A stretch of 64,000 bases of DNA, taken from positions 15,934 through 79,933 of the forward strand of contig JAKAJC010000003.1 in assembly GCA_021814005.1 (NCBI GenBank), given 5' to 3'. The number at the start of each line of letters is the position of its first letter. Position 1 is the first letter of the stretch. The DNA comes from Candidatus Micrarchaeota archaeon. Lineage in GTDB: Archaea; Micrarchaeota; Micrarchaeia; Anstonellales; Anstonellaceae. The position numbers and the translations under genes were made by a program. A model generated the notes under the pieces. That model saw only the letters and a list, made by a program, of their open reading frames with translations, was not told the DNA's origin and made no database searches. Shown here one piece after another: positions 25,499 through 35,096 of the stretch.

Positions 25499-27355
25499 TC
25501 AATTCACCCGAAGCACGCGGACATTTTGCGTTTCATACACAACGCTGTATCCGGCCAATTTGTCCTCGAAAATGCCGAGCACGCGGCTGTTCAGCTCGTC
25601 ATTCGGCCAAATCAGCAGATTGCCGTCATCACTGATATTTTCGCTCGGATGCAGCAACTGCACGTCTCCGATGGTGAGTGTTTTGGCATACGCCTGCCCG
25701 GGCATTGTGAACAGGTAAGAGCGCTCGGCCGCCAGATTTCCGTAGCCGTCCAGCGGATGGAGGATGCGCAGATTCTGATTCGAGTCGAACACGGCCAGCG
25801 GCGGGCTGTCGGCAGTTTTGCCGACAAAGCGGAAGGCGTTCAGCGTCCAGTTGTGGCCGATGTCGTTTTCGCGCGCAGGCATCAAATCGAAAACAGATAC
25901 GGGCACCACTATCAGCGTGCCGGGGGCAAGGCTTGAGCTGCTGTTGCGGCTTGCGCCCAGCCATGCCAGCATCTCTTTGTCCGACATGGCCGAATTTCCG
26001 TGCGCCAGAAGCTGAACGGCTTCCGGCGTTGCCAGAGACGCAACCTGCGTGCCCGCAAGCTGGCTTGAATTTCCTATCCATATCAGCGCCGCCTGCGAAT
26101 CCGCGTCGAGCGGCGAGTAGGCATACATCACGTTGCCGCCGATTGCGGCGATTGAAACCGCCAAAGACATCATTGCCGCCGCGAGCAGAAATACCGAAGC
26201 ACCGGCCCGCACCATTCCAGAGGACCAGCCCCAAAGGTGGACCATTGCCACCACTCCTGCCGCGACAAGCACAGACGAGCCCGCGGCCTGCATCCAGCCC
26301 TGCGCGCCAGACATGAGCCCGAACAGCGGAATGCCGACCAGCAGTGTCACCATCGCAACGCGCATCACGAGCGTGTCATTCTCCCAGTCCCTGAGAGCGT
26401 GCAGGCCGTATGCGGCTGGCATCATCCATGCCAGCATCGCGGCCGCGGGAGACACGCCGCCCATCAGCAGCCCCGCAGCAGTCAGCACAGCATACATGAC
26501 TGCCTGCGGGTGCCTCTGCGTTTTCTGCAATGCCACGAAAGAAACAAACGCCAGCCCGCCGAGCATCCATCCGTGCTGCAAAACAAACAAAATGCTTGAG
26601 AAAGAAACAACAAATGCCTGCATCTGGACAATTGAAAGAACTCCAAGAGGCAGAACAAGGGCAACGAGCCGCATCCATGCGGTTTTGCCCATTTTGCTCA
26701 AATCATGCAAATGCTCTTTTGCCTCCAGCAGGCTGCCGACAAGCAGCGCCGCAAGAATAAGCGAGGCCCACGGGTAAATCCAAATCGCGCCCGCAAATCC
26801 GGCGATGCCTAAGAGAAGGCCGAGGAAAGCAGTAGGGGAAATATCATCGGTTTTCTCTTTTTTCTCACTGGCAACCAGCGCGATTCCCAAAAGGCCGAGC
26901 AAAATCATCGGTATTGCCAGCATTTCTGCCGCCAAAAGGCCGGGGAAAAATGCCAAGCCGACGGCCGGCGCCAGCATTGCGAGCCCCGAGGCCAGCACGC
27001 TTTCCATGCGGCTGAAATTAAGGAAGCGCAGGGTGCCGTATGCAAGCATGGCGCTCAGGGCGCCCAAGAAAAGCGGGAGATTTTTGAAAAACGCCAGTTG
27101 TCCGTTTATGCCGCTTCCCCCAAGCACGCTGCCCAGCATGCTGTAGGCGCCGCGCATCAGGATTTCAGCAGGGCTGGCGGGCTGGTTTTGCACAACATGC
27201 AGCACGTGCGCATATGCGCCATTGCCCAGAGTCGCCGGGCTGGTCGCTGCCAGCAGTCCGCCCACCAGCACGCCAAGACAGAGGGCCAGAAGCCAGTCAT
27301 TCGAATCTCTTGGTTCGTCTTTCTGTTGTTCGCTTTTTTGTGCCATCAAAATCAA
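25499..27355 (-). CDS. Large polytopic membrane protein (about 13 TM) with a C-terminal extracytoplasmic domain. Possible GT-C-fold glycosyltransferase / oligosaccharyltransferase-like protein. No WWDYG motif.
   Basis: 618 aa. Dense TM region followed by a soluble roughly 200-aa C-terminal domain with sequons. Placed next to the AglH-like gene. Function is inferred from architecture only. Confidence 0.55.
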   Translation of the reverse strand: MILMAQKSEQQKDEPRDSNDWLLALCLGVLVGGLLAATSPATLGNGAYAHVLHVVQNQPASPAEILMRGAYSMLGSVLGGSGINGQLAFFKNLPLFLGALSAMLAYGTLRFLNFSRMESVLASGLAMLAPAVGLAFFPGLLAAEMLAIPMILLGLLGIALVASEKKEKTDDISPTAFLGLLLGIAGFAGAIWIYPWASLILAALLVGSLLEAKEHLHDLSKMGKTAWMRLVALVLPLGVLSIVQMQAFVVSFSSILFVLQHGWMLGGLAFVSFVALQKTQRHPQAVMYAVLTAAGLLMGGVSPAAAMLAWMMPAAYGLHALRDWENDTLVMRVAMVTLLVGIPLFGLMSGAQGWMQAAGSSVLVAAGVVAMVHLWGWSSGMVRAGASVFLLAAAMMSLAVSIAAIGGNVMYAYSPLDADSQAALIWIGNSSQLAGTQVASLATPEAVQLLAHGNSAMSDKEMLAWLGASRNSSSSLAPGTLIVVPVSVFDLMPARENDIGHNWTLNAFRFVGKTADSPPLAVFDSNQNLRILHPLDGYGNLAAERSYLFTMPGQAYAKTLTIGDVQLLHPSENISDDGNLLIWPNDELNSRVLGIFEDKLAGYSVVYETQNVRVLRVN

Positions 27356-27375
27356 CCATAAACAAAATGAATGTG

Positions 27376-28710
27376 CTAATTTTTGCCCTTCGCTTTGCGC
27401 ATTTCGTCCAGCGCTTTTTTCGCGCCCGCCTCGTTGATTGCGTTGCCCGCAGTCATGCGTTTGACAACCTCGTCAACTTCCACTTCGCTCGCGCCCGCAG
27501 ACATTGCGATATGGCGCGCATGAAGGCGCATGTGCCCTTTCTGGATTCCTTCGGACGCCATGGCGCGCAGGGCCGCGAAATTCTGCGCCAGCCCCACGGC
27601 AGCCATCACCTGCGCCAATTCGCCAGATGTTTTTGCCCCCAGAATTCTCTGGCACATCGCGGCCGCGGGATTTGCTTTCATCGAGCCGCCCACCGTGCCG
27701 ACCGCAAGAGGAAGAAGAATTTTTCCCTCAATATTTCCATCAGCATCAAGCTTGTAGGTTGTCAGGGCCGCGCCCTTGAGTGCGGCATAGGAGTGCGCGC
27801 CGGCTTCCACCGCGCGCCAGTCGTTTCCAAGCGCAACCGCAACAGCATCTATTCCGTTCATCACGCCCTTGTTGTGGGTGGAGCGGCGGTAAGGGTCTGC
27901 CATTGCCATTGTCCATGCATCAAGAATTCCCTCTGCCACGTCCGCCCCGCCGATATCTTCGGCCTTCCACACGGCCGTTGCGCTCGCCATGCGCTGTGTC
28001 GCCAGATTTGACAAAATCTTGAGCCTGCTTTTTCCGCCCGTCATTTCCTCAAGCGTTGGAGCCATTCTTTCCAAAGTGGTGTTCACCATGTTTGCGCCCA
28101 TGGCGTCAACCACATTGACCAGAAATTCCACAATAAGCATCTGTCCGCGGTCTGTGAGAATAACGCGCCACTGTAAAGCCGTCACTCCGCCGCCGTAAGC
28201 CGTGAGATATTTCGCGTCGCTGTTGGCCTGCTCGATTATTTTGGATTTGTTTTTTTCCAGCTTCTTCTTCGCCTCTTCCATATCTTTTACTTGCACAAGC
28301 TGGACCTGTCCAATCATTATCGAACCTGTATAAGCTGCCTTGAATCCGCCCGATGCCTTTGCAAGTTTGGCTGCATTGGAGGCGGCCGCCACCACAGATG
28401 GCTCCTCAATGGCCATGGGCACAACATACTCCTTGCCGTTGACAACAAAATTGAGCGCAACCGAAAGAGGCAGGCCAAAAGTTCCAATCACATTTTCACT
28501 CATCTGGTCTGCCGCCGCAAGAGGAAGCGGACCGTCCTTGTTGAGCAGCGCGAGGTCGGCAGCATCGAGGTTGCGGGCCTGCGCCAATATTTTCTGCCTC
28601 TCGGCCAGGCTCTTTTTGTAAAAGCCCGACCAGTCGGCTGAAGATGAGGAGGCGGTTTGAGAAGTCCCTGACGTAAAGATACACCTTTTTGTCGTCAGTC
28701 GTTTGGGCAA
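27376..28710 (-). CDS. hmgA: 3-hydroxy-3-methylglutaryl-CoA reductase, class II.
   Basis: ENVIGTFGLPLSVALNFVVNGKEYVVPMAIEEPSVVAAASNAAKLA, DAMGANMVNT, THNKGVMNGIDAVAVALGNDWRAVEAGAHSYA, GIQKGHMRLHARHIA align closely with the Pseudomonas mevalonii class II HMGR pattern. Confidence 0.85.
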   Translation of the reverse strand: MPKRLTTKRCIFTSGTSQTASSSSADWSGFYKKSLAERQKILAQARNLDAADLALLNKDGPLPLAAADQMSENVIGTFGLPLSVALNFVVNGKEYVVPMAIEEPSVVAAASNAAKLAKASGGFKAAYTGSIMIGQVQLVQVKDMEEAKKKLEKNKSKIIEQANSDAKYLTAYGGGVTALQWRVILTDRGQMLIVEFLVNVVDAMGANMVNTTLERMAPTLEEMTGGKSRLKILSNLATQRMASATAVWKAEDIGGADVAEGILDAWTMAMADPYRRSTHNKGVMNGIDAVAVALGNDWRAVEAGAHSYAALKGAALTTYKLDADGNIEGKILLPLAVGTVGGSMKANPAAAMCQRILGAKTSGELAQVMAAVGLAQNFAALRAMASEGIQKGHMRLHARHIAMSAGASEVEVDEVVKRMTAGNAINEAGAKKALDEMRKAKGKN

Positions 28711-28771
28711 AACAGCTTTTTATAGACATGGGTGCGTCGCAAGACGAAAAATATGGAGAAGGAAAACCGGT

Positions 28772-30058
28772 CTATCTTTTCCCCATCTCTGCCAGCACGT
28801 CTTCCAGCCCCGCATCGGTGCGAATGGCAACTGAAGAGAAGTGGGTGCGCGCGGCAAAAAAGCCCGCCTCGCGAAGTTTGCCCACCACATCCTCGGCGCG
28901 GGGAATCACGCGCTTGTGGCGCGAGGACAGCTCGTGCAAATCATAATAGAGGGCCGGCCCCTCGCACTCGTCCAGAATCGTCTTGAGAACTGTGCCTGTT
29001 TCCCCCACTTCAATATATGGCCGCTGCGAAAGCAGGCGAATCATGCGTTCAATGCTTTTGGGCTCGGCCCATTTCCCGCCCCACACCGGCCCGCCCCATT
29101 CCATTCTCTTGCCGCATTCGGGGCACTCTGTTCTCAGGTCTGCCGCAGACGCGTGCATCTCGTGGTAAAGGCAGTGCTTGCATTGCACAAGATAAGACAT
29201 GGCGGTTTTCGCGGTCTCCACCGCGCCGTCGGCTCCCTTGCGCAGGCGCGCCAGCACCTTGAAGTAGTGCCGGTGCGAAATGCAGAGCTGCGGCTCGAGA
29301 GCCCAGTCCTCGCTCGCGGCCGCGCGGGCCATGTTGGCCAGCAATATGCGCAGGCCCGCCTCATGGCACACCTCGGAATGCAGGGGCCTTGCGGCATATA
29401 CCTTGTAGCAGGCGGCAGCGTGCGCGCCGCACAGCACGGCCGTGTCGGTTGCGGTGACAGAAACATATCTCTCGTCCATGCCCGAACCGCATCTCATCAA
29501 TGCCGCCAGATAAGGCACCGGCGTGCCGAACGGGTCTATTTCGATGAGGTCGAATCTCTCTCCGGTGCCGAGCAGCCTGTTGAGGTCAGCCCTCATTGTG
29601 CGGAACTGCTTTTCCGGAATATTGTTGAGCCGCGCGTTTGACTCGGCCAACTGGATTGCCTCGGGCTGGGCGTCAAGAAATGTCACATGGTCGACATTGG
29701 AATTTTCCAGCTTGTAGCGAAGCCCTCTTGCGCCCGACGCGCAAAATCCGTCCAGCACGCTCGGAAGCGGGGGCAGGGTGCCCACCCACAGGCTCGACAA
29801 ATCACGGCAGAAGCGCATGTGCGGATTGAAGAAAACGTTTTTGCGCCTCTGGATTTTCGCAAGCCCTTCCTGCACATCTGACAGTGGCTCGTCCGCCTTC
29901 TGCTCGGGAGACTCGGCCTCCTCCTGTACGGGCAGAGCGGATTTTATCTCATTCTTTTTTATCTCATTATTTTTTTTGCTGCCGCTCTCTATATTGTCTT
30001 TCACCCACGGCGGCCCGCGCGCGGCAAGTTGGCTGGGTTTGGCTGAAGCCATATGCAA
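28772..30058 (-). CDS. trm1: tRNA (guanine26-N2)-dimethyltransferase Trm1. The true start is probably downstream of the annotated Met (long N-terminal extension).
   Basis: FFNPHMRFCRDLS, VLDGFCASGARGLRY (SAM-binding), C-terminal Zn ribbon CKHCLYHE...CPECGKRM. Confidence 0.75.
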   Translation of the reverse strand: MHMASAKPSQLAARGPPWVKDNIESGSKKNNEIKKNEIKSALPVQEEAESPEQKADEPLSDVQEGLAKIQRRKNVFFNPHMRFCRDLSSLWVGTLPPLPSVLDGFCASGARGLRYKLENSNVDHVTFLDAQPEAIQLAESNARLNNIPEKQFRTMRADLNRLLGTGERFDLIEIDPFGTPVPYLAALMRCGSGMDERYVSVTATDTAVLCGAHAAACYKVYAARPLHSEVCHEAGLRILLANMARAAASEDWALEPQLCISHRHYFKVLARLRKGADGAVETAKTAMSYLVQCKHCLYHEMHASAADLRTECPECGKRMEWGGPVWGGKWAEPKSIERMIRLLSQRPYIEVGETGTVLKTILDECEGPALYYDLHELSSRHKRVIPRAEDVVGKLREAGFFAARTHFSSVAIRTDAGLEDVLAEMGKR

Positions 30059-31380
30059 TGTTGAACAAGAGAATGCATTTTAAGCCCGCAGATGATGGGA
30101 TGGACATGGTCTCGTGCGTGCTGCGTCCATGCCGTTTGAGCGGAACCGCCAGGCCGGCGCCTTCCCTTCCTCTGGCCAAGCGCATGCTCTGGGCCGCCTG
30201 CCTGGGCGAGGGCGGCGTGATAGGCAACTGTCCTGACAATGCGGACGTGCGTGCCATCCTCGATTTGGGCTCGCAGATGGGCGCGGATGCGGTGATGGAA
30301 AATAACACTGCCGACATTTTCGGCCCCGAAACTCCGATGCCACCCAACGAGATTGACGTCAAAAACAACACCTGCGCCTCGCGCCTTGCGGTTTCAATGT
30401 CGCTTTTGTGCGACCTTCCCCAGTCAGTCTCGCGCCCCCTTCTTCCGGCCGGTGCTTTCAAATGGCTGGACTGGACCGCAATGGCCATGGGCCTGCGCCT
30501 TGTCAGCACGCCCGACAAGCTATCAATCAGCGGGCCGTCTGCGGCGCAGGCGCTTGATTTGGACGACCGCGCAGGCGCTTTCTGGGCTCCCGGCCTTTTC
30601 ATGGCCGCACCAGTTTCGGGAGTTGAAACAATTTTCACGCTCGACGATTTTGTGGCCTGGCAGCCATCAACCTCGCTCACTCTTTCCGTGCTTGAGGGGC
30701 TCGACATCCGCTTCACGCTCGAGGAGGAAGAGCGCACCCTCACAATCAACGGCGGGCAGTCCTATGTTGCGGTGCAGGCCGACGTGGAAAACGACTGGCG
30801 CACCGGCTCCTATCTTTTGGGCGCTCTGCTTCTGGCCGGCAAAGGCGCCGTCTCCCTGCCCCGCAATTCGCTGCAGCCAGAGCGCGGCTTCTGGAACATG
30901 TTTGAATCAGCCGGACTGGTTTCATGGAACGAGGACGGAAACGAGGCGCGGGTTGAAGGCCGCCGCGCGCTGCATCTTCCCGAAATCATCGACGCCCGCG
31001 CTTACCCGGCCCTTCTGCCGCTTGCCCTTGTGCTGGCCACCCAGTCCGACTCTCCGGTAAGCATCCAGCCCCTCTACCCACTCTCGCCCCGCTCGCAGGT
31101 GCGCCTTTCATTTACCATCGAGCAGCTCACCGCCCTCGGAGCCGACATCAGCCGCACCGACGACACCGTGGATGTCAAGCCCTCGAAACTAAAGGGGGCT
31201 TCTGTTGATTCTGGCGGAGACAGCCGCGTTGCCATGGCTCTTGCCCTGGCCGGCCTTGTCGCAAACGGGGAAGTGAAAATGGAAGGGTCGGAGGCTGTCT
31301 CTATTGCTCATGCCGGCTTCTGGGATGAAATGAGAAAACTCGGCGCAGACGTGAGAATGGCCAGCCCGCCGGTGCAATAA
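30058..31380 (+). CDS. Enolpyruvyl transferase family protein, 3-phosphoshikimate 1-carboxyvinyltransferase (AroA)-like, divergent.
   Basis: N-terminal PSLPLAKRMLWAACLGEGGVIGNCPDNADVRAILDLGSQMGADAV (compare EPSPS PGSKS..RALLLAALA..T.I.NLL.S.DT) and C-terminal GGDSRVAMALALAGLVANGEV (compare DHRIAMSFAVAGL). Start taken at the in-frame ATG 30058; upstream track ORF sequence overlaps trm1. Confidence 0.5.
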   Translation: MLNKRMHFKPADDGMDMVSCVLRPCRLSGTARPAPSLPLAKRMLWAACLGEGGVIGNCPDNADVRAILDLGSQMGADAVMENNTADIFGPETPMPPNEIDVKNNTCASRLAVSMSLLCDLPQSVSRPLLPAGAFKWLDWTAMAMGLRLVSTPDKLSISGPSAAQALDLDDRAGAFWAPGLFMAAPVSGVETIFTLDDFVAWQPSTSLTLSVLEGLDIRFTLEEEERTLTINGGQSYVAVQADVENDWRTGSYLLGALLLAGKGAVSLPRNSLQPERGFWNMFESAGLVSWNEDGNEARVEGRRALHLPEIIDARAYPALLPLALVLATQSDSPVSIQPLYPLSPRSQVRLSFTIEQLTALGADISRTDDTVDVKPSKLKGASVDSGGDSRVAMALALAGLVANGEVKMEGSEAVSIAHAGFWDEMRKLGADVRMASPPVQ

Positions 31381-31412
31381 CGCAGTCCAGCCGGCGCCAC
31401 AAACACTACTAC

Positions 31413-31745
31413 TCACTCTTTTTTCGGCTTCATCAGCCGCAGCGCATCCAGCAAACCGTGCGCATAATTAATCGCGCCGAACGCCGTCACATAGTCCTTT
31501 TTTTCCAAAAAGTACTTGGTATCTTCACAATAGCGCGAAGCCAAATCAAGCACATATGCATTTTGAGGCGTGCGCTCCACATCCTTGATGTTGGCATAAA
31601 ACTGCTCGATGTCGGAGAGGCAGCGCGCGGCGTCTTTGTCAATATTAGCGGCCTTTTGGCCAGCCTGTCCTGTTTTTCCCTCGGCCATGCCTATCCCGTA
31701 CCCTTTTAAATTTATATAGAGTATGATGGAACAGCAACAGTTCAA
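31413..31745 (-). CDS. Small hypothetical protein (likely starts at MAEGKT, about 91 aa).
   Basis: ORF track. Helical, charged. No motif recognized. Confidence 0.45.
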   Translation of the reverse strand: MNCCCSIILYINLKGYGIGMAEGKTGQAGQKAANIDKDAARCLSDIEQFYANIKDVERTPQNAYVLDLASRYCEDTKYFLEKKDYVTAFGAINYAHGLLDALRLMKPKKE

Positions 31746-31802
31746 TTTTCTCTAGGTGAATTCTTGGGATCTCGACCTCGCAAATGGAAGAAAAAGGGGC
31801 GC

Positions 31803-31877
31803 ATGCGCTGGAAATGGCTGAAGAAGCGCCGCAAACGCCTCAAGCGCAAGCTGAAACGCAGAGTGGGCGAGCTCTAA
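31803..31877 (+). CDS. rpl41e: Ribosomal protein L41e (24 aa, extremely basic). Absent from the ORF track because of its size.
   Basis: atg cgc tgg aaa tgg ctg aag aag cgc cgc aaa cgc ctc aag cgc aag ctg aaa cgc aga gtg ggc gag ctc taa encodes [24 protein letters not shown]. It matches the eL41 pattern (MRxKWxKKRMRRLKRKRRK). Located in an intergenic gap. Confidence 0.55.
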   Translation: MRWKWLKKRRKRLKRKLKRRVGEL

Positions 31878-31941
31878 GGCGTTAGCCTTCGAGCCGTTCG
31901 TTCATTTTGCGCCTGCCCGCGTCTCGTTTTCCTTTTTAATC

Positions 31942-32403
31942 TTGTCTTCTTTAGCCGTGCTCATGGAGAAATGGCTCATGTTCGGCCTTCTGGCCGCCCT
32001 GGCTTACGGCACTTCATCCTTCTTTGTCAAGCTGTCCACTTCTGACAAGCATTTCGGGGTAAGCCAGCCGGTTTTCATGCTTCTCATGCTGATTGGCATT
32101 GCTATTGTTTTCGTGGCCAACACGATGACAAGCAACGGGCTTGCCCTTCCATCAGATCCATTCGCCATCGGCGCATGCATCGCGGCCGGCATTTTGTGGG
32201 GGCTTGGAATGGTCTTTGTGGTGCTGGCCCTCTCCGGCGGGGCAGACCTGTCCCGCCTCGTGCCGATTTTCAACACAAACACCCTTGTTGCCGTCATATT
32301 GGGCATTCTTGTATTGGGCGAGCTGCCGTCCTCACCCGACAAGCTGCACGTTATCGCCGGCGCTCTGATGATTATCACCGGCTCTGTTCTGGTGTCAAGC
32401 TGA
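31942..32403 (+). CDS. EamA/DMT-superfamily small membrane transporter.
   Basis: 153 aa, 4-5 TM. N-terminal FGLLAALAYGTSSFFVKLS is typical of the EamA domain. Confidence 0.55.
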   Translation: MSSLAVLMEKWLMFGLLAALAYGTSSFFVKLSTSDKHFGVSQPVFMLLMLIGIAIVFVANTMTSNGLALPSDPFAIGACIAAGILWGLGMVFVVLALSGGADLSRLVPIFNTNTLVAVILGILVLGELPSSPDKLHVIAGALMIITGSVLVSS

Positions 32404-33093
32404 TTGGCTATGGTTTCCCCAAAAGCCATCCATGCCGTTGTTTTCGACCTCGACGGCACGCTTTTGCGCACCGAGCATCTGCAGTGGAAGGGCTGGAACA
32501 TTGCGCTGAAAGCTTCGGGCTCGCGCCATCACATCACAAAAAAACAATACCAGAAATTTTGCGGCCGCTCGGGCCATGAAATAGAAAAAGAAATTATTTC
32601 CAGCTTCAATCTTCGGCTCCGCCCCGGCGCACTGCTTTCAAAAAAAGAGCATTTTCTCCATTCCCATTTTTCGCGCGAACCCCTTCACTGGGCAAGAGGC
32701 GCAAGGGCTGCCCTGTCGTTTTTCAAGCGCCGCGGCCTTCCCATCGCTCTCGCCACTGGCGGCAAAAGAAAAGAAATGATGAAAAAATTGCGCAAGCTCA
32801 ACGCCCATCTTCATTTTGACGCGCTTGTCTGCCTAAGCGATGTGAAAAAAGGAAAGCCGCATCCTGACATATACACAGAAGCATGCCGCCGTCTTCACGT
32901 CTCTCCCTCCGCCGCCCTTGCTTTCGAAGACACTTCAAGCGGCGTGCAATCAGCCTCGCGCGCAGGCCTCAAGGTGGTCGCGATTCCGACCATCTACTCC
33001 TCCAGCCAGGATTTCTCGCGGGCGTGGGCGGTGTGCAAGAGTTTTAAGCAGGCAAGTGCGAGGATAAAGCACCTGAAACTAATGAGGCGTTAA
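32404..33093 (+). CDS. HAD-superfamily hydrolase (beta-phosphoglucomutase-like subfamily IA).
   Basis: Motif I AVVFDLDGTLL, motif II/III, and a C-terminal FEDTSSGVQSASRAGLKVVAI (D-x-x-x-G). Confidence 0.7.
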   Translation: MAMVSPKAIHAVVFDLDGTLLRTEHLQWKGWNIALKASGSRHHITKKQYQKFCGRSGHEIEKEIISSFNLRLRPGALLSKKEHFLHSHFSREPLHWARGARAALSFFKRRGLPIALATGGKRKEMMKKLRKLNAHLHFDALVCLSDVKKGKPHPDIYTEACRRLHVSPSAALAFEDTSSGVQSASRAGLKVVAIPTIYSSSQDFSRAWAVCKSFKQASARIKHLKLMRR

Positions 33094-33096
33094 ACC

Positions 33097-33693
33097 ATGG
33101 CAATAAAATCCAAATTATCAGAACAGCAGAACCGCGTTGGCGAATTTTTCAAATGGCTTCCTCTTCATCCAAACGACATCACGCTCCTGTCGGTCATTTT
33201 CGCGGCCGCGGGCGCATGGTATACATGGCAGTTGAGCCTCTGGGGGCCGATTCTTTTCCTTCTCTCTTTTCTTGTGGACGGCCTTGACGGAGCCGTGGCG
33301 CGCGCAAAAAATCTTTCATCAGCGTTCGGAGCTTATTTGGACGGCACTGCAGACAGAATAGTTGAATTTTTCGCCCTGCTCCCCCTTCTCCTCTCCCCGC
33401 TTGCCGGCCTTCTCATCCCCTCTCTCATCACTCTCTTCTTCGGCTCCTGCATGACCGCCTTCACCAAGGCATATGCAGACCACCGTGAAGCCGTGGACCA
33501 CAAAATTGCGGCCAAGCTTCCCACGCTCATGCCTCGAACAGAAAGAGTAATCGGCCTCTGGGTCGCGCTTATTCTGTTTGTCTCGGGCCGCCACGACATC
33601 CTCGTCCCTCTCATGTGGCTTCTGGCCGCCGGCTCAATCCTTTCCTTCCTCTGGCTTCAATTTGCGGTGTGGCGGGCTGGAAAAAAGAATTAG
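33097..33693 (+). CDS. CDP-alcohol phosphatidyltransferase (archaetidyl head-group synthase-like).
   Basis: DGLDGAVARAKNLSSAFGAYLDGTADRIVE matches the D-G-x2-A-R-x8-G-x3-D-x3-D signature. Multi-TM. Confidence 0.75.
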   Translation: MAIKSKLSEQQNRVGEFFKWLPLHPNDITLLSVIFAAAGAWYTWQLSLWGPILFLLSFLVDGLDGAVARAKNLSSAFGAYLDGTADRIVEFFALLPLLLSPLAGLLIPSLITLFFGSCMTAFTKAYADHREAVDHKIAAKLPTLMPRTERVIGLWVALILFVSGRHDILVPLMWLLAAGSILSFLWLQFAVWRAGKKN

Positions 33694-33710
33694 ACAATCA
33701 GATTTCACTT

Positions 33711-34343
33711 TCAGCCCGCGCCTCTGTCAACATAGCGCGCCCGCTGCTCGACTTCTTTCATGGCAGTGAGCACCCGCCCGTCCCCGTCTGCCGCATATCC
33801 GTCCAAAAAGGCTTTTTGGGCCTTCTTGTCTTTGAGCGCCTTCTTCATTGTAAGCACGTCAACCGCATGGTCTTCGACGTCTTTTGAAACCGAGCCAAGC
33901 CCGAAATCAATAACAAAAAGCGAGGAAGCGCCTTTTTCTGCATCCATCATCAGATTCGCCGGAGTATAATCTCCGTGCACTATGCCCGCCTTGTGCAGGC
34001 GCGCCAGATATGCTCCCGCCAATTTCCAAATTGCAAGAGGAATTTTTGCCGCCTCGTATCTGTTCAGCGTTTTTCCGTCCAGTTTGCTTATTCTTATGTC
34101 ATAAGGCCCGACAGCCAGCACGAAAGGAGCCGGCACTCCCGCCTCCTTCGCTTTGACCAGCAGCCTTGCCTCAACGCGCGTGCGCGAAGAGCGTATTTTC
34201 TCGTCCAGCACATTCGGCCTGTAAGGTTTGCTTCTGCGCTCTTTTGACAAAACCGAAACTCCGGCCATTTCCATGGGAGTCAGCACCGCTTCCGCACCCT
34301 CAAGTCGCGAAGATTTGATTTTTTCTTTTATTTTTGCTGCCAT
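33711..34343 (-). CDS. bud32: Kae1-associated Ser/Thr kinase Bud32 (KEOPS subunit).
   Basis: RTRVEARLLVKAKEAGVPAP, IVHGDYTPANLMM, VIDFGLGSVS (HGD and DFG kinase motifs in a 210-aa mini-kinase). Confidence 0.7.
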   Translation of the reverse strand: MAAKIKEKIKSSRLEGAEAVLTPMEMAGVSVLSKERRSKPYRPNVLDEKIRSSRTRVEARLLVKAKEAGVPAPFVLAVGPYDIRISKLDGKTLNRYEAAKIPLAIWKLAGAYLARLHKAGIVHGDYTPANLMMDAEKGASSLFVIDFGLGSVSKDVEDHAVDVLTMKKALKDKKAQKAFLDGYAADGDGRVLTAMKEVEQRARYVDRGAG

Positions 34344-34358
34344 TTTTTCCCTCTACAG

Positions 34359-35030
34359 CTAAACTCCCATCAAACTGGTGCCAAAGAACGCGACTGCGAA
34401 AAGCATGAGCCAGATGCGCCAGTCCCACAGCATCACCTTGAATCCGTCAAGCGGGAAGATGGGCAGCAGGTTGAACATCGCAAGCACAAGATTCACCTGC
34501 ACGCCCATTACCAGCACAAGGTTGAGCGCCGCATTGGGCGAGTCGGCCATGTCCAGAATCGGCCCGCCGACAAATATTGTGGCCAGCACAAAGAAAACTC
34601 CGGCCAGCAGAAGATTCATCACAGGGCCTGCAACCGAAATAAGGCCGTTTGCGCGCGGATTGATTCCGCGCGCCGAATATATCATCACCGCGCCGGGCGC
34701 AAGAAAGATTGGCAAACGTATGCCCCACACAATCTGGGGAATGATGGCAAGCCCCAGCATGAGCACAAGGCCGGCCAGCCACACTTCATAGCGCGCGCGG
34801 CATCCGAAGCGCACTGCAACATATTTGTGGGCCAGCTCGTGCAGAAGAAATCCTGAGCCCACCGTGATGGCGAAAATAATCATGAAAAACACGAACGGGC
34901 CGGCCTCAACATTTATGCCGCCGTTCTGGAAAGTGAGCGTGAGGCAGATGGCAAGAATGGAAGTGAGGATGTGGGTCCATTCCTCCCAGTCGATAAAGAA
35001 GCGCCCCTGCGCTCCCGAATAATTTTCCAT
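34359..35030 (-). CDS. Site-2 protease family (M50) intramembrane metalloprotease.
   Basis: HELAHKY (HExxH in a TM helix) and NLLPIFPLDGFKV (LDG motif). Polytopic. Confidence 0.75.
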   Translation of the reverse strand: MENYSGAQGRFFIDWEEWTHILTSILAICLTLTFQNGGINVEAGPFVFFMIIFAITVGSGFLLHELAHKYVAVRFGCRARYEVWLAGLVLMLGLAIIPQIVWGIRLPIFLAPGAVMIYSARGINPRANGLISVAGPVMNLLLAGVFFVLATIFVGGPILDMADSPNAALNLVLVMGVQVNLVLAMFNLLPIFPLDGFKVMLWDWRIWLMLFAVAFFGTSLMGV

Positions 35031-35096
35031 AAACCCGCCGCTCCCAAAATTTTCTCAGATTCCCGCCAATTTACGCCAAGCTCTGCCGCTTCTCGC

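Noticed and set aside
28772-30110. Apparent overlap of the start regions of divergent trm1 and aroA-like genes
   Set aside because: Both track ORFs have non-conserved N-terminal extensions. The true starts are probably internal (GTG/TTG/ATG further in), leaving a normal divergent promoter. Not treated as a real gene overlap.
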